Source: Candidatus Spongiisociaceae bacterium
GTDB lineage: Bacteria > Actinomycetota > Acidimicrobiia > Spongiisociales > Spongiisociaceae
Direction: 5' to 3'
Assembly (NCBI GenBank): GCA_965219685.1
Contig: CBDCOH010000002.1
Span: forward strand, 3,360,001 to 3,424,000
Length of the DNA: 64,000 bases
Shown here: positions 56,252 to 64,000 of the stretch, one piece after another
How the letters are laid out: each line of letters begins with the position of its first letter
Numbering within the stretch: position 1 is the stretch's first letter
The notes under the pieces: generated by a model
The model's input: only the letters and a program-made list of their open reading frames with translations
What the model was told of the DNA's origin: nothing
Databases searched by the model: none
Translations under genes and position numbers: made by a program

Positions 56252-57934
56252 ACAGAACGGGCAACGCAGCTGATCACCGGTGCCCGCGCCCTCGCCGAGA
56301 TGCTCCACGGGTACGGCGTGACTCACGTCTTTATGGTTCCGGCCATCCTGCGGCGCACCTTGGTGGAACTGGAGCGGTTCGGGGTGCGGCGCATCCATAC
56401 GCACGGTGAGAAGGCGGCCGCCTATATGGCCGACGGGTACGCACGGATGGCGGGTCGCCCGGGAGTGTGCATGGCCCAAGCTGTCGGTGCGCTCAACCTG
56501 GCGGCCGGCCTCCGCGATGCTCATCTGGCCAATTCTCCCGTCGTTGCCCTCACCGGAGGCCGCGACCCGACCGCGGCCGGCAAGGGCGTCTACCAGGAGG
56601 TGGACGATCTGCCCGCCTTCGTCAACGTCACCAAGTTCAGCGCCGCCGTCGACGCGGTGGAGCAGCTTCCCGGCCTGGTTCGCCGGGCCTTCCGCACCGC
56701 GGTGTCCGGCCGTCCCGGACCGGTGCACCTCCAGTTCGCCGGCAACGAAGGCCAGGTCGACCTCGGTCTGGCCGATCTCGACGCCTCCGTCGACACCCGG
56801 TTCCTGTCCGTACCACCGCTCCGGCCCCTGGCCGACCCGGAAGCCGTGTCTGCCGCGCTAAGACTGCTCGATCGCGCCGAGCGGCCGGTGCTCGTGGCTG
56901 GCGGCGGAGTTCGAGCTTCGCGAGCCGCCGCCGAGTTGGTGGCCGTCGCTGAACATCTCGGCATCCCCGTGGTCACCTCTCTCAACGGGAAGGACACGAT
57001 TCCAGGAGGCCACCCTCTCTGTGTGGGCGTCGTCGGCACGTACTCGCGGAGCGCCGCCAACCGGGTCGTAAACCAGGCGGACCTGGTCTGCTTCGTCGGT
57101 TCGAGCACCGGCAGCATGACCACCCATTTCTGGCAGGTTCCAGCGCCGGGGATTCCCGCCATCCAGATCGACATCGATCCCGAGATGACCGGCCGCAACT
57201 ACCCCCTACGGGTCGCCATCACTGCGGACGCCCGCACAGCGCTCGCCGCCATCCTCGAGAGAGCCCAACCGACGCATTCTGGCCGGGGGGAGTGGGTCGC
57301 CGCGGCGCGCCGCGAAGTAGCCGCCTGGCGGCACCAACATCTCCGGCGCCTGCGCTCGGACGCGGTGCCCATCCGCCCGGAGCGGATCTGCGCGGAGTTG
57401 ACCGATCTGGTCCCCGACGACGCCTGCGTGGTGGTCGATACCGGCCACGCCGGGATGTGGATGGGCGGCATGTTCGACACCCGCACCCCCCATCAGCGCT
57501 ACCTGCGCAGCGCAGGCCACCTCGGTTGGGCGTTCCCCGCCGCGCTGGGCGCCAAGTGCGCCGCCCCCGACCGCCCCGTAGTCTGCTTCACCGGCGACGC
57601 CGGGTTCTGGTACCACATAGCCGAGGTCGAAACGGCGGTTCGATGGGGCATCAACACAGTCACCGTGGTCAACAACAACTCGTCGGGGAACCAGTCCACC
57701 CTTGGCTTCGACCGCGCCTACGGCGGGGAGCAGACCGCTGAAGGACGCCGCCTGTGGACCTTCACCGACGTGGACTTCGCCCGGCTCGCCGAGGGTATGG
57801 GGGCACTGGGCATCCGGGTCGAGCAGCCCGACCAGATCGCCCCCGCCTTGGACCGCGCCCTGGGAGCGGAGCAACCGGCCGTCATCGACGTCGTCACCGA
57901 TATCGAAGCCCTGGCTCCCCTCGCCGTGACCTGA
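56237..57934 (+). CDS. ThDP-dependent enzyme (acetolactate synthase large-subunit-like)
   Basis: HGEKAAAYMADGYAR, GRPGPVHL, GDAG...NN. Confidence 0.9.
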   Translation: MVNGETERATQLITGARALAEMLHGYGVTHVFMVPAILRRTLVELERFGVRRIHTHGEKAAAYMADGYARMAGRPGVCMAQAVGALNLAAGLRDAHLANSPVVALTGGRDPTAAGKGVYQEVDDLPAFVNVTKFSAAVDAVEQLPGLVRRAFRTAVSGRPGPVHLQFAGNEGQVDLGLADLDASVDTRFLSVPPLRPLADPEAVSAALRLLDRAERPVLVAGGGVRASRAAAELVAVAEHLGIPVVTSLNGKDTIPGGHPLCVGVVGTYSRSAANRVVNQADLVCFVGSSTGSMTTHFWQVPAPGIPAIQIDIDPEMTGRNYPLRVAITADARTALAAILERAQPTHSGRGEWVAAARREVAAWRHQHLRRLRSDAVPIRPERICAELTDLVPDDACVVVDTGHAGMWMGGMFDTRTPHQRYLRSAGHLGWAFPAALGAKCAAPDRPVVCFTGDAGFWYHIAEVETAVRWGINTVTVVNNNSSGNQSTLGFDRAYGGEQTAEGRRLWTFTDVDFARLAEGMGALGIRVEQPDQIAPALDRALGAEQPAVIDVVTDIEALAPLAVT

Positions 57935-57946
57935 CACTTCTTCGCA

Positions 57947-58273
57947 TCACGACGGAAGGCCGGTCCCCCCGGAAGCGGGAGCGTGAACAGCGATCATGTC
58001 CAGGCGTTCCGAAAGACGGTCTTGGGTGACCTCGAGGTCGTACTGGCTCTGCAACCCCATCCAGAAGGCCGGAGAATTACCGAAGAAACGAGCCAGCAGC
58101 AAAGCCGTCTCCGCGGTAATGGACCGCTCCCCGTGGACGATGGCATGAATCCGCCTCGCGTCCACCCCGATGGACTTCGCCAGCCGATACTGGGTGATGT
58201 TCATGGGGACGAGGAACTCCTCGTTGAGAACTTCTCCCGGATGGATAGGGGGTAGTTTCGTTTCGGTGGTCAT
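57947..58273 (-). CDS. higA: HigA family antitoxin
   Basis: PIHPGEVL.EEFL, ITQYRLAK, ITAETALLLARFFG.SPAFWMGLQSQYD. Confidence 0.93.
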   Translation of the reverse strand: MTTETKLPPIHPGEVLNEEFLVPMNITQYRLAKSIGVDARRIHAIVHGERSITAETALLLARFFGNSPAFWMGLQSQYDLEVTQDRLSERLDMIAVHAPASGGTGLPS

Positions 58274-58286
58274 CGCCCCTCCACTT

Positions 58287-58581
58287 TCAGTGGTAGTCCA
58301 CTATCTCGACCCGGTAGGCGTCGCCGTCGGCCCAGACGAAACAGATCCGCCACTGGTCGTTGATGCGGATGCTGTGCTGCCGTCCCGATCTCCCGACAGA
58401 GCCTCCAGCCGGTTTCCTGGCGGCACCCGTAGGTCGGCGACGCTTGTGGCGTTGTTCAGGATCATCAGCTTCCTCTGTGCTCGCCGCTGGACATGCTCAG
58501 GCAACCTGCGAACACGACGGCGTTCGGCGACCGCCTGTGTGTCCCTGTCCCGGTAGCTCGGTCCCCGTAGCTCCGAATCAC
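58287..58581 (-). pseudogene. higB: HigB toxin pseudogene (14-nt duplication and 1-nt deletion)
   Basis: Reconstructed MIRSYRDRDT...RKL..L..A....DLRVPPGNRLEALSGDRDG/QHSIRINDQWRICF...VEIVDYH*; GGAGCTACGGGGAC/CGAGCTACCGGGAC duplication near the start; second shift near 58380. Confidence 0.88.
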
Positions 58582-58734
58582 CAGTATAGTAGCACCGGCC
58601 GCTATTAGCGTCGCATACTACTATCCGTATTGCTTCGCGAGCGACACAGGCCTGATGACGCAGCTGCGGACCTGGCGACTCGCCAACCGGCTTACCGACA
58701 CATGGTCGGATAACGGGTGTAAGGTTCGGCGACC

Positions 58735-59658
58735 ATGCAATCTCTGGTAGAAGCCGACGTTCTCACCAAGCGGTTCGGTGACTTCACCGCAGTCGACGCG
58801 ATCAGCTTCTCCGTCGCCCCCGGAGAGGTGTTCGGCTTCCTCGGTCCCAACGGTGCGGGCAAGAGCTCCACCATGCGGATGATCGGCGCGGTCTCGCCCG
58901 TGACGTCGGGACGGCTTCGGGTGTTCGGCCTCGATCCGGCCACCGACGGCCGACGTATCCGGTCCCGGCTGGGGGTGGTGCCCCAGGACGACTCGCTCGA
59001 CATGGAGCTGAGCGTCGAGGAGAACCTGTACATCTACGGCCGGTACTACGACCTCCCCCGCCGCGAGATCCGGGCTCGTATCGAGGAGTTGATCGCCTTC
59101 GCCCAGCTCGGGGAGCACCGTACCTCGCGGGTCGATCCGCTCTCGGGCGGGATGAAGCGGCGCCTCACCATCGCCAGGGGCCTGATCAATCGTCCCGACC
59201 TGCTGATCCTCGACGAGCCGACCACGGGACTCGATCCCCAAGCCCGCCATGTGTTGTGGGATCGGCTCTACCGGCTCAAGCAGGACGGGGTCACTCAGGT
59301 CATCACCACCCACTACATGGACGAGGCTGAGCAGCTGTGCGATCGGCTGGTGATCATGGATCGCGGCCGTATCGTCGCCGAGGGGTCGCCCCGCGTGCTC
59401 ATCGAGACCCATTCAACCCGCGAGGTGCTGGAGGTGCGCTTCCCCGTCGGAGAGCTGGAGCCGGCCGGACCCGCACTCCGAGAGGTGGCCGACCGGGTCG
59501 AGTTGCTGGCCGACCGCGCGCTTCTCTACACCTCCGATGCCGACTCGTCTCTGGCGGAGGTCCACCGGCTCGGCCTCCAGCCGGAAAGCGCGCTGGTACG
59601 CCGCAGCACTCTTGAGGATGTCTTCCTCAAGCTGACCGGGCGCACCCTGGTCGATTGA
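58735..59658 (+). CDS. ABC-2 exporter ATP-binding protein (NodI-like)
   Basis: GPNGAGKS, LSGGMKRR, LDEPTTGLDPQARH, TTHYMDEAE. Confidence 0.92.
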   Translation: MQSLVEADVLTKRFGDFTAVDAISFSVAPGEVFGFLGPNGAGKSSTMRMIGAVSPVTSGRLRVFGLDPATDGRRIRSRLGVVPQDDSLDMELSVEENLYIYGRYYDLPRREIRARIEELIAFAQLGEHRTSRVDPLSGGMKRRLTIARGLINRPDLLILDEPTTGLDPQARHVLWDRLYRLKQDGVTQVITTHYMDEAEQLCDRLVIMDRGRIVAEGSPRVLIETHSTREVLEVRFPVGELEPAGPALREVADRVELLADRALLYTSDADSSLAEVHRLGLQPESALVRRSTLEDVFLKLTGRTLVD

Positions 59659-59659
59659 C

Positions 59660-60451
59660 GTGGGCCGCCTGATGCGGGTGCCTGGAGCGCTGCGGGTGGT
59701 CGAGACCAACGCCATCGCGTACCGTAGGGTCTGGAAGGGGTCGGCGTTTTCGTCGTTCGTCACCCCGGCCCTGTTCCTGGTTGCGATGGGGTTGGGCCTC
59801 GGATCGCTGGTGGACCGCGGAACGGGCGCCCCCGGTTTCGAGGGCCTCAGCTACATGGCCTTCCTCGCCCCCGGACTTCTCGTCGCCAGCGCCATGCAGT
59901 CCGGGGCGGCCGAGGGATCATTCAAGGTGATCGCCGGGATGAAGTGGACCCGCACCTTCCACTCGGTGGTCGCATCGCCGGTCGGCACCGGTGGCCTGGT
60001 AGGGGGCCACTTCGTCTGGGCCGGCCTCCGGGTGCTGATGGTCTCGGTGGTCTTCGGGGCGGTAGCGGCCGCCCTGGGGGCGATCTCGGCGATCGCCGCC
60101 CTGGCCCTGGCGCCCATCGGGTTGCTCATCGGCCTCGCCATCGCCGGGCCGATGACCGCCTTCACCGCCAACCGGGAGAACACCGAAGCGCTCACCGCTG
60201 TCTTCCGTTTCGGCATCACGCCCATGTACCTCTTCTCGGGCACGTTCTTCCCGATCAGCCAGCTCCCCGATTGGCTCCGGTCCGTGGCCACCGTGACGCC
60301 GCTCTGGCACGCGGTCGAATTGGCCAGGCGGGTGGCCCTGGGCCATGACTCGGCGCTTCCGGCCTGGCAACACGTCGGGTACCTGGTCCTGGTGTTCGTC
60401 GTGGGGGCTGCCCTCACCTACCGGCTCTTCGCGCGGCGGCTGAACGTATGA
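59660..60451 (+). CDS. ABC-2 exporter permease (NodJ-like)
   Basis: YMAFLAPGL, FSGTFFPI, PLWHAVEL. Confidence 0.9.
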   Translation: MGRLMRVPGALRVVETNAIAYRRVWKGSAFSSFVTPALFLVAMGLGLGSLVDRGTGAPGFEGLSYMAFLAPGLLVASAMQSGAAEGSFKVIAGMKWTRTFHSVVASPVGTGGLVGGHFVWAGLRVLMVSVVFGAVAAALGAISAIAALALAPIGLLIGLAIAGPMTAFTANRENTEALTAVFRFGITPMYLFSGTFFPISQLPDWLRSVATVTPLWHAVELARRVALGHDSALPAWQHVGYLVLVFVVGAALTYRLFARRLNV

Positions 60452-61257
60452 CCACCCGCACCCTGGCACTCCGGGTCCTGCCGGCTCCGCTGGTGGGGCT
60501 GCGCGCCCAGCGACTGATCGAGCGCAACATGCTCGTCTCCAAGCGGGCGTGGATGATCGTCGTCTCGGGCTTCTTCGAGCCGGTCTTCTACCTGCTCTCG
60601 CTCGGCATAGGGATGGGCCGCCTGGTAGGAGAATTAGCCGGTCCGGGGGGTACCACCATCAGCTACGCGGCGTTCGTGGCGCCGGCTCTCCTGGCGGCGT
60701 CGGCCATGAACGGAGCGGTGTTCGAGTCGACCATCAACATCTTCATCAAGCTCCGCTACGGCAAGATCTACGACGCCATCCTCGCCACCCCCCTCCGCCC
60801 GTGGGACATCGCCATCGGGGAGATAACCTGGTCGTTGATCCGCGGTGTCCTCTACTCGACCGGATTCGTCGTGGTCATGGCGGCGATGGGCCTGGTCGCA
60901 ACACCGCTGGCGATCCTGGTGATACCGGCGGCCACTCTGATCGGCTTCGCTTTCGGGGGGGTCGGTATGGCGGCGGCCACCTTCATGCGTAGCTGGCAGG
61001 ACTTCGACCTGGTCATGCTGTTCCTGCTGCCCCTGTTCCTGTTCAGCGCAACCTTCTACCCGCTGGACGTCTACCCGCCGACCCTCCAGGCCCTCACCCA
61101 GCTCTCCCCGCTGTACCACGGAGTCGAACTAATCCGGGCATTCACACTCCACTCCTTCGACGCGGGGATCTTCGGCCACATGGCATACCTGATAGCGATC
61201 GGATCGGTCGGGCTCATGGTGGCCGGACGGCGGCTCGGGGCCCTGCTCAAGCCGTAA
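60448..61257 (+). CDS. ABC-2 exporter permease
   Basis: GFFEPVFYL, YAAFVAPAL, FSATFYPL, PLYHGVEL. Confidence 0.9.
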   Translation: MTTRTLALRVLPAPLVGLRAQRLIERNMLVSKRAWMIVVSGFFEPVFYLLSLGIGMGRLVGELAGPGGTTISYAAFVAPALLAASAMNGAVFESTINIFIKLRYGKIYDAILATPLRPWDIAIGEITWSLIRGVLYSTGFVVVMAAMGLVATPLAILVIPAATLIGFAFGGVGMAAATFMRSWQDFDLVMLFLLPLFLFSATFYPLDVYPPTLQALTQLSPLYHGVELIRAFTLHSFDAGIFGHMAYLIAIGSVGLMVAGRRLGALLKP

Positions 61258-61290
61258 GAGCCGGCTTCCGACAGCCTGGATTATTGGTCT

Positions 61291-61516
61291 CTAGTTGGTA
61301 GTTTTAGTTGCTAATCGGTACTTACAGTTGGATCGTGCAGCGTTGTGCAACACATCTGTCGCATGTATGGATCTGTTTCTGGACTCGGACCCCTAGCTGC
61401 CATTTCGTGAAGAGCCCCCCTCGGCGCAAACGCGAGATCCAAACAGTGCCATAGAGGATGGCAAATAGAACGAACTAACGCTATCCTACGACTACCGACT
61501 AGGAACTACTCGGCTA
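61291..61516. repeat. Inverted degenerate TAGT(T/C)GG-type arrays bracketing a ~140-bp core
   Basis: Left: TAGTTGG TAGTTT TAGTTGC TAATCGG. Right (minus strand): TAGCCGAG TAGTTCC TAGTCGG TAGTCG TAGGA TAGCGT TAGTTCG. Confidence 0.65.
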
Positions 61517-63097
61517 GGCCTGCATCTCTCCCGAGGATCGGGCGGAACCCGGCTGCCGCTCAGGGAGAACGTCGCGGAGGGGAAGCCCCCTGAACATAAG
61601 ACCGGCGACGGTGGCGGCGATCGCCACGGGTATCGCCAACCGGAACATCTGAGCCGAACTGAGCGCGACCGCCTCCCGGATGACGTCGCGCACGGACGCC
61701 TCCATCGTCGCGACGACCGCCGGGGTCGCGATCAACTCGCTGACCTCGAGGTCCGACACCGGCGAATCCTGCGGGAGTCGGGCTGCGAGGAGCCCGGCGA
61801 GACGCGCGTTGAACAGGGCTCCGAACACGGCCACCCCGGTACTACCGCCGAGTTGGCGGAACACCTGTACCGACGATGTCGCAACCCCGAGGTCCCGAGG
61901 ATGGACTGCGTTCTGTATGACCAGGATCAGCACCGGGATCAGGACACCCATGCTCAAGCCGAAGACGAGTAGGTAGCCGGCCGCGGCCGCCGGACTGGTC
62001 GAGACCGTCATGGTGCTCAGCAATGCCAATCCCACCCCGAGGAGGACGGGCCCTGAGGCCACTACCAACCGGTAGCGCCCCCATCGCGCCACGATCCGCC
62101 CCGACACAAGGCTCGCGACCAGGGAGGCCGTGAGCATCGGAACCAGGAGGAGTCCCGAGTGGGTCGCAGACAGGCCCAGGGCGATCTGCAAGAAGACCGG
62201 GAAGTACGCCAGCGGCAGGAAGAGGCCGAAGCCGGCGATGAAACTGGTCACGTTGGCAGCCGAGAACTCCCGGTTCCGGAAGAGGAACAGGGGCAGTATG
62301 GGAGAAGCAGCCTTTCCCTCCTGCCGCACGAACCACAGCAGCGCCAACACCCCCGCGGCCAGCGTCGAGACGATCACCGGGGAGCCCCACGCATACTCAT
62401 GACCTCCCCAGGTCGCGGCGAGCAGCACAGCGGCCAGCCCAAGCGCCAGTAGAGCAGCACCGAGCCAGTCCACACCGATTCCCCTGGTCACGGGTGGATC
62501 GGTCAGGTTGCGGCGGATCAGGACCAAAGTGATGACGGCCAGCGCGACGCTGGGGTAGAACGCCAGGCGCCAGGAGACATGATCGACCGCAACGCCTCCG
62601 AGCAACGGCCCGCAGACGCTGGCGACCGCGAACACCCCGCTTATGTACACCTGGTAACGGCCCCGCTGCCGCGGCGTGATCATGTCGCCGACGATCATGT
62701 AGCTGAGCGAGATCAGGCCGGCCGATCCCGCGCCTTGGACAGCCCTGAAGGCGATGAGTTGGCCGATGCTCTGGCTGAGGCCCGCCGCGCACGAACCCAG
62801 GGAGAACAAGAGGATGGCGACCTGCATCAGCCTCCGACGGCCGTAGAGATCGGACAGTTTGCCGTAGAGAGGGACCGTTACCGTTGACGCCAGCACGTTC
62901 GCGGTCAGCACCCAGGGAAGCAGCGTGAGGGCCCCCATCTCGCCGACGATGGTCGGAAGGGCCGTAGACACGATGGTGTAGTCCATCGCGGCGATGGCCA
63001 TAGCCAGCAGCAACGCAAAGAAGGTTCTTCGCACGGTCGGCGTCAGCTTCGATGCCTTGCTGCTTCCGCCGGCATGGGCTCCGGACTTCCGGGTCAT
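61514..63097 (-). CDS. MFS drug-resistance transporter (EmrB/QacA, DHA2)
   Basis: DYTIVSTALPTI, LYGKLSDLYGRR, RAVQG, 14-TM pattern. Start inferred. Confidence 0.9.
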   Translation of the reverse strand: MTRKSGAHAGGSSKASKLTPTVRRTFFALLLAMAIAAMDYTIVSTALPTIVGEMGALTLLPWVLTANVLASTVTVPLYGKLSDLYGRRRLMQVAILLFSLGSCAAGLSQSIGQLIAFRAVQGAGSAGLISLSYMIVGDMITPRQRGRYQVYISGVFAVASVCGPLLGGVAVDHVSWRLAFYPSVALAVITLVLIRRNLTDPPVTRGIGVDWLGAALLALGLAAVLLAATWGGHEYAWGSPVIVSTLAAGVLALLWFVRQEGKAASPILPLFLFRNREFSAANVTSFIAGFGLFLPLAYFPVFLQIALGLSATHSGLLLVPMLTASLVASLVSGRIVARWGRYRLVVASGPVLLGVGLALLSTMTVSTSPAAAAGYLLVFGLSMGVLIPVLILVIQNAVHPRDLGVATSSVQVFRQLGGSTGVAVFGALFNARLAGLLAARLPQDSPVSDLEVSELIATPAVVATMEASVRDVIREAVALSSAQMFRLAIPVAIAATVAGLMFRGLPLRDVLPERQPGSARSSGEMQA

Positions 63098-63158
63098 CGA
63101 CACGTCGCCGGCCTGCCGGAGCAGAGCGATACGGACCGGCTCACCCGACAGGGTGGTC

Positions 63159-63983
63159 TCATCCGCGCACCGCGCGGAAGCGGGCCACACGATCGACGAT
63201 GGCTGCTTCGGTAGGAAGCCGCTCGATGCTGGACGCGCCGACGAACCCGTTTAGTCTCGGAACCAGTTGCAGCGCCTCCTCGAGGTCGGAGGGTTCGGAG
63301 ATGGGACCGCCGTGGCAAAGGACGGGAATGAACCTTCCGGCCTCGTCGGCAACCCCGCAGATCGCCTCGAGGACAGGCACCAGAGATGGCACGGTCCGCC
63401 GGTCGGAGGCACCGATCATGCCTCCTGTGGTCAGCCCAACGTGAGCAACCAGGACATCGGCGCCGGCCTCGGCCATGGCGGCCGCCTCTTCGGCGCTGAA
63501 CACGTAGGGCATGGTGAACATCCCCATACGGGAGGCCAGCCCGATCATCGCCACCTCGGCCGAGTAGGACATGCCGGTCGCCTCCAGCGCGCGCCGGAAG
63601 CCGCCGTCTATCAGGCCCACGGTCGGAAAGTTCTGGACCCCGGAGATCCCGCATCCCGCCAACTCGTCCAGGAACCTCCCCATGTCGCGGAACGGATCGG
63701 TCCCGCACACCCCGGCGATCACCGGCATCCTGTCGACCACGGTGACGATCTCCCTCGTCATCTCCAGGACGGTCCGGTTGGCGTCCCCGTAGGGCATAAG
63801 ACCGGCCAGCGATCCCCGTCCCGCCATCCGGTACCGGCCCGAGTTGTAGATGACGACGGCGTCCGCCCCGCCTGCCTCCGCGCACTTGGCGGAGAGGCCG
63901 GTCCCGGCCCCGGCGACCACGAGCGTCTCGTTCCGGCGTGCCTTCGCGATCAGGGCGCCTGCCAGATCATTGGTCTCAGGCAC
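63159..63983 (-). CDS. PEP-hydrolase-like TIM-barrel protein (Tm-1-like family), second paralogue
   Basis: GAGTGLSAKCAEAGGAD, YNSGRYRMAGRGSLAGLMPYGDAN, VQNFPTVG, CHGGPI, GASSIERLP. Confidence 0.9.
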   Translation of the reverse strand: MPETNDLAGALIAKARRNETLVVAGAGTGLSAKCAEAGGADAVVIYNSGRYRMAGRGSLAGLMPYGDANRTVLEMTREIVTVVDRMPVIAGVCGTDPFRDMGRFLDELAGCGISGVQNFPTVGLIDGGFRRALEATGMSYSAEVAMIGLASRMGMFTMPYVFSAEEAAAMAEAGADVLVAHVGLTTGGMIGASDRRTVPSLVPVLEAICGVADEAGRFIPVLCHGGPISEPSDLEEALQLVPRLNGFVGASSIERLPTEAAIVDRVARFRAVRG

Positions 63984-64000
63984 GGTCCCTCCTTTCCGAG

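Noticed and set aside
58735-61257. nodIJ as evidence for Nod-factor export
   Set aside because: NodI/J-like ABC-2 exporters are common in actinobacteria, and no nodABC is present.
5536-61516. Repeat arrays as a possible CRISPR
   Set aside because: Units are 7-nt tandem repeats with no spacers, and no cas genes are present.

Overview
High-GC bacterial DNA, very probably Actinomycetota. An Acidimicrobiia-like host-associated lineage is an inference from gene order and the Thr/Ala/Pro-stalked lipoproteins. The first 8.4 kb is the conserved oriC-proximal actinobacterial block (rodA-pbpA-pknB...trpG-crgA...tRNA-Ala). tRNA-Ile(GAU), normally next to tRNA-Ala(UGC), lies 26.6 kb away. The remaining ~55 kb is a dense patchwork of catabolic operons and transporters (Opp ABC, ECF, sugar ABC, ABC-2, MFS), four toxin-antitoxin-like modules (two with broken toxins) and several pseudogenes. 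I see no integrase, transposase, rRNA or CRISPR array. Top observations: (1) RodA and PbpA both keep open frames, yet RodA has lost its catalytic Asp and PbpA has lost all three transpeptidase motifs, giving a co-degenerated SEDS-bPBP pseudo-enzyme pair next to an intact 5-PASTA PknB. (2) An ECF transporter, an atypical uridine phosphorylase and a fungal-type iso-orotate decarboxylase homologue form an operon, suggesting salvage of 5-carboxy or otherwise modified pyrimidine nucleosides. (3) A chromosomal full-length homologue of AtzA/TriA has the TriA-type D/C pair but Gln in place of the catalytic Glu. (4) xsc is co-oriented with a Tat-less Mo enzyme and an FeS-NrfD fusion, a possible Soe-like sulfite sink. 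(5) Heptamer tandem arrays supply stop codons, give two unrelated proteins the same C-terminus, and form inverted brackets around short cores. All family assignments come from motif recognition by eye; no searches were run.
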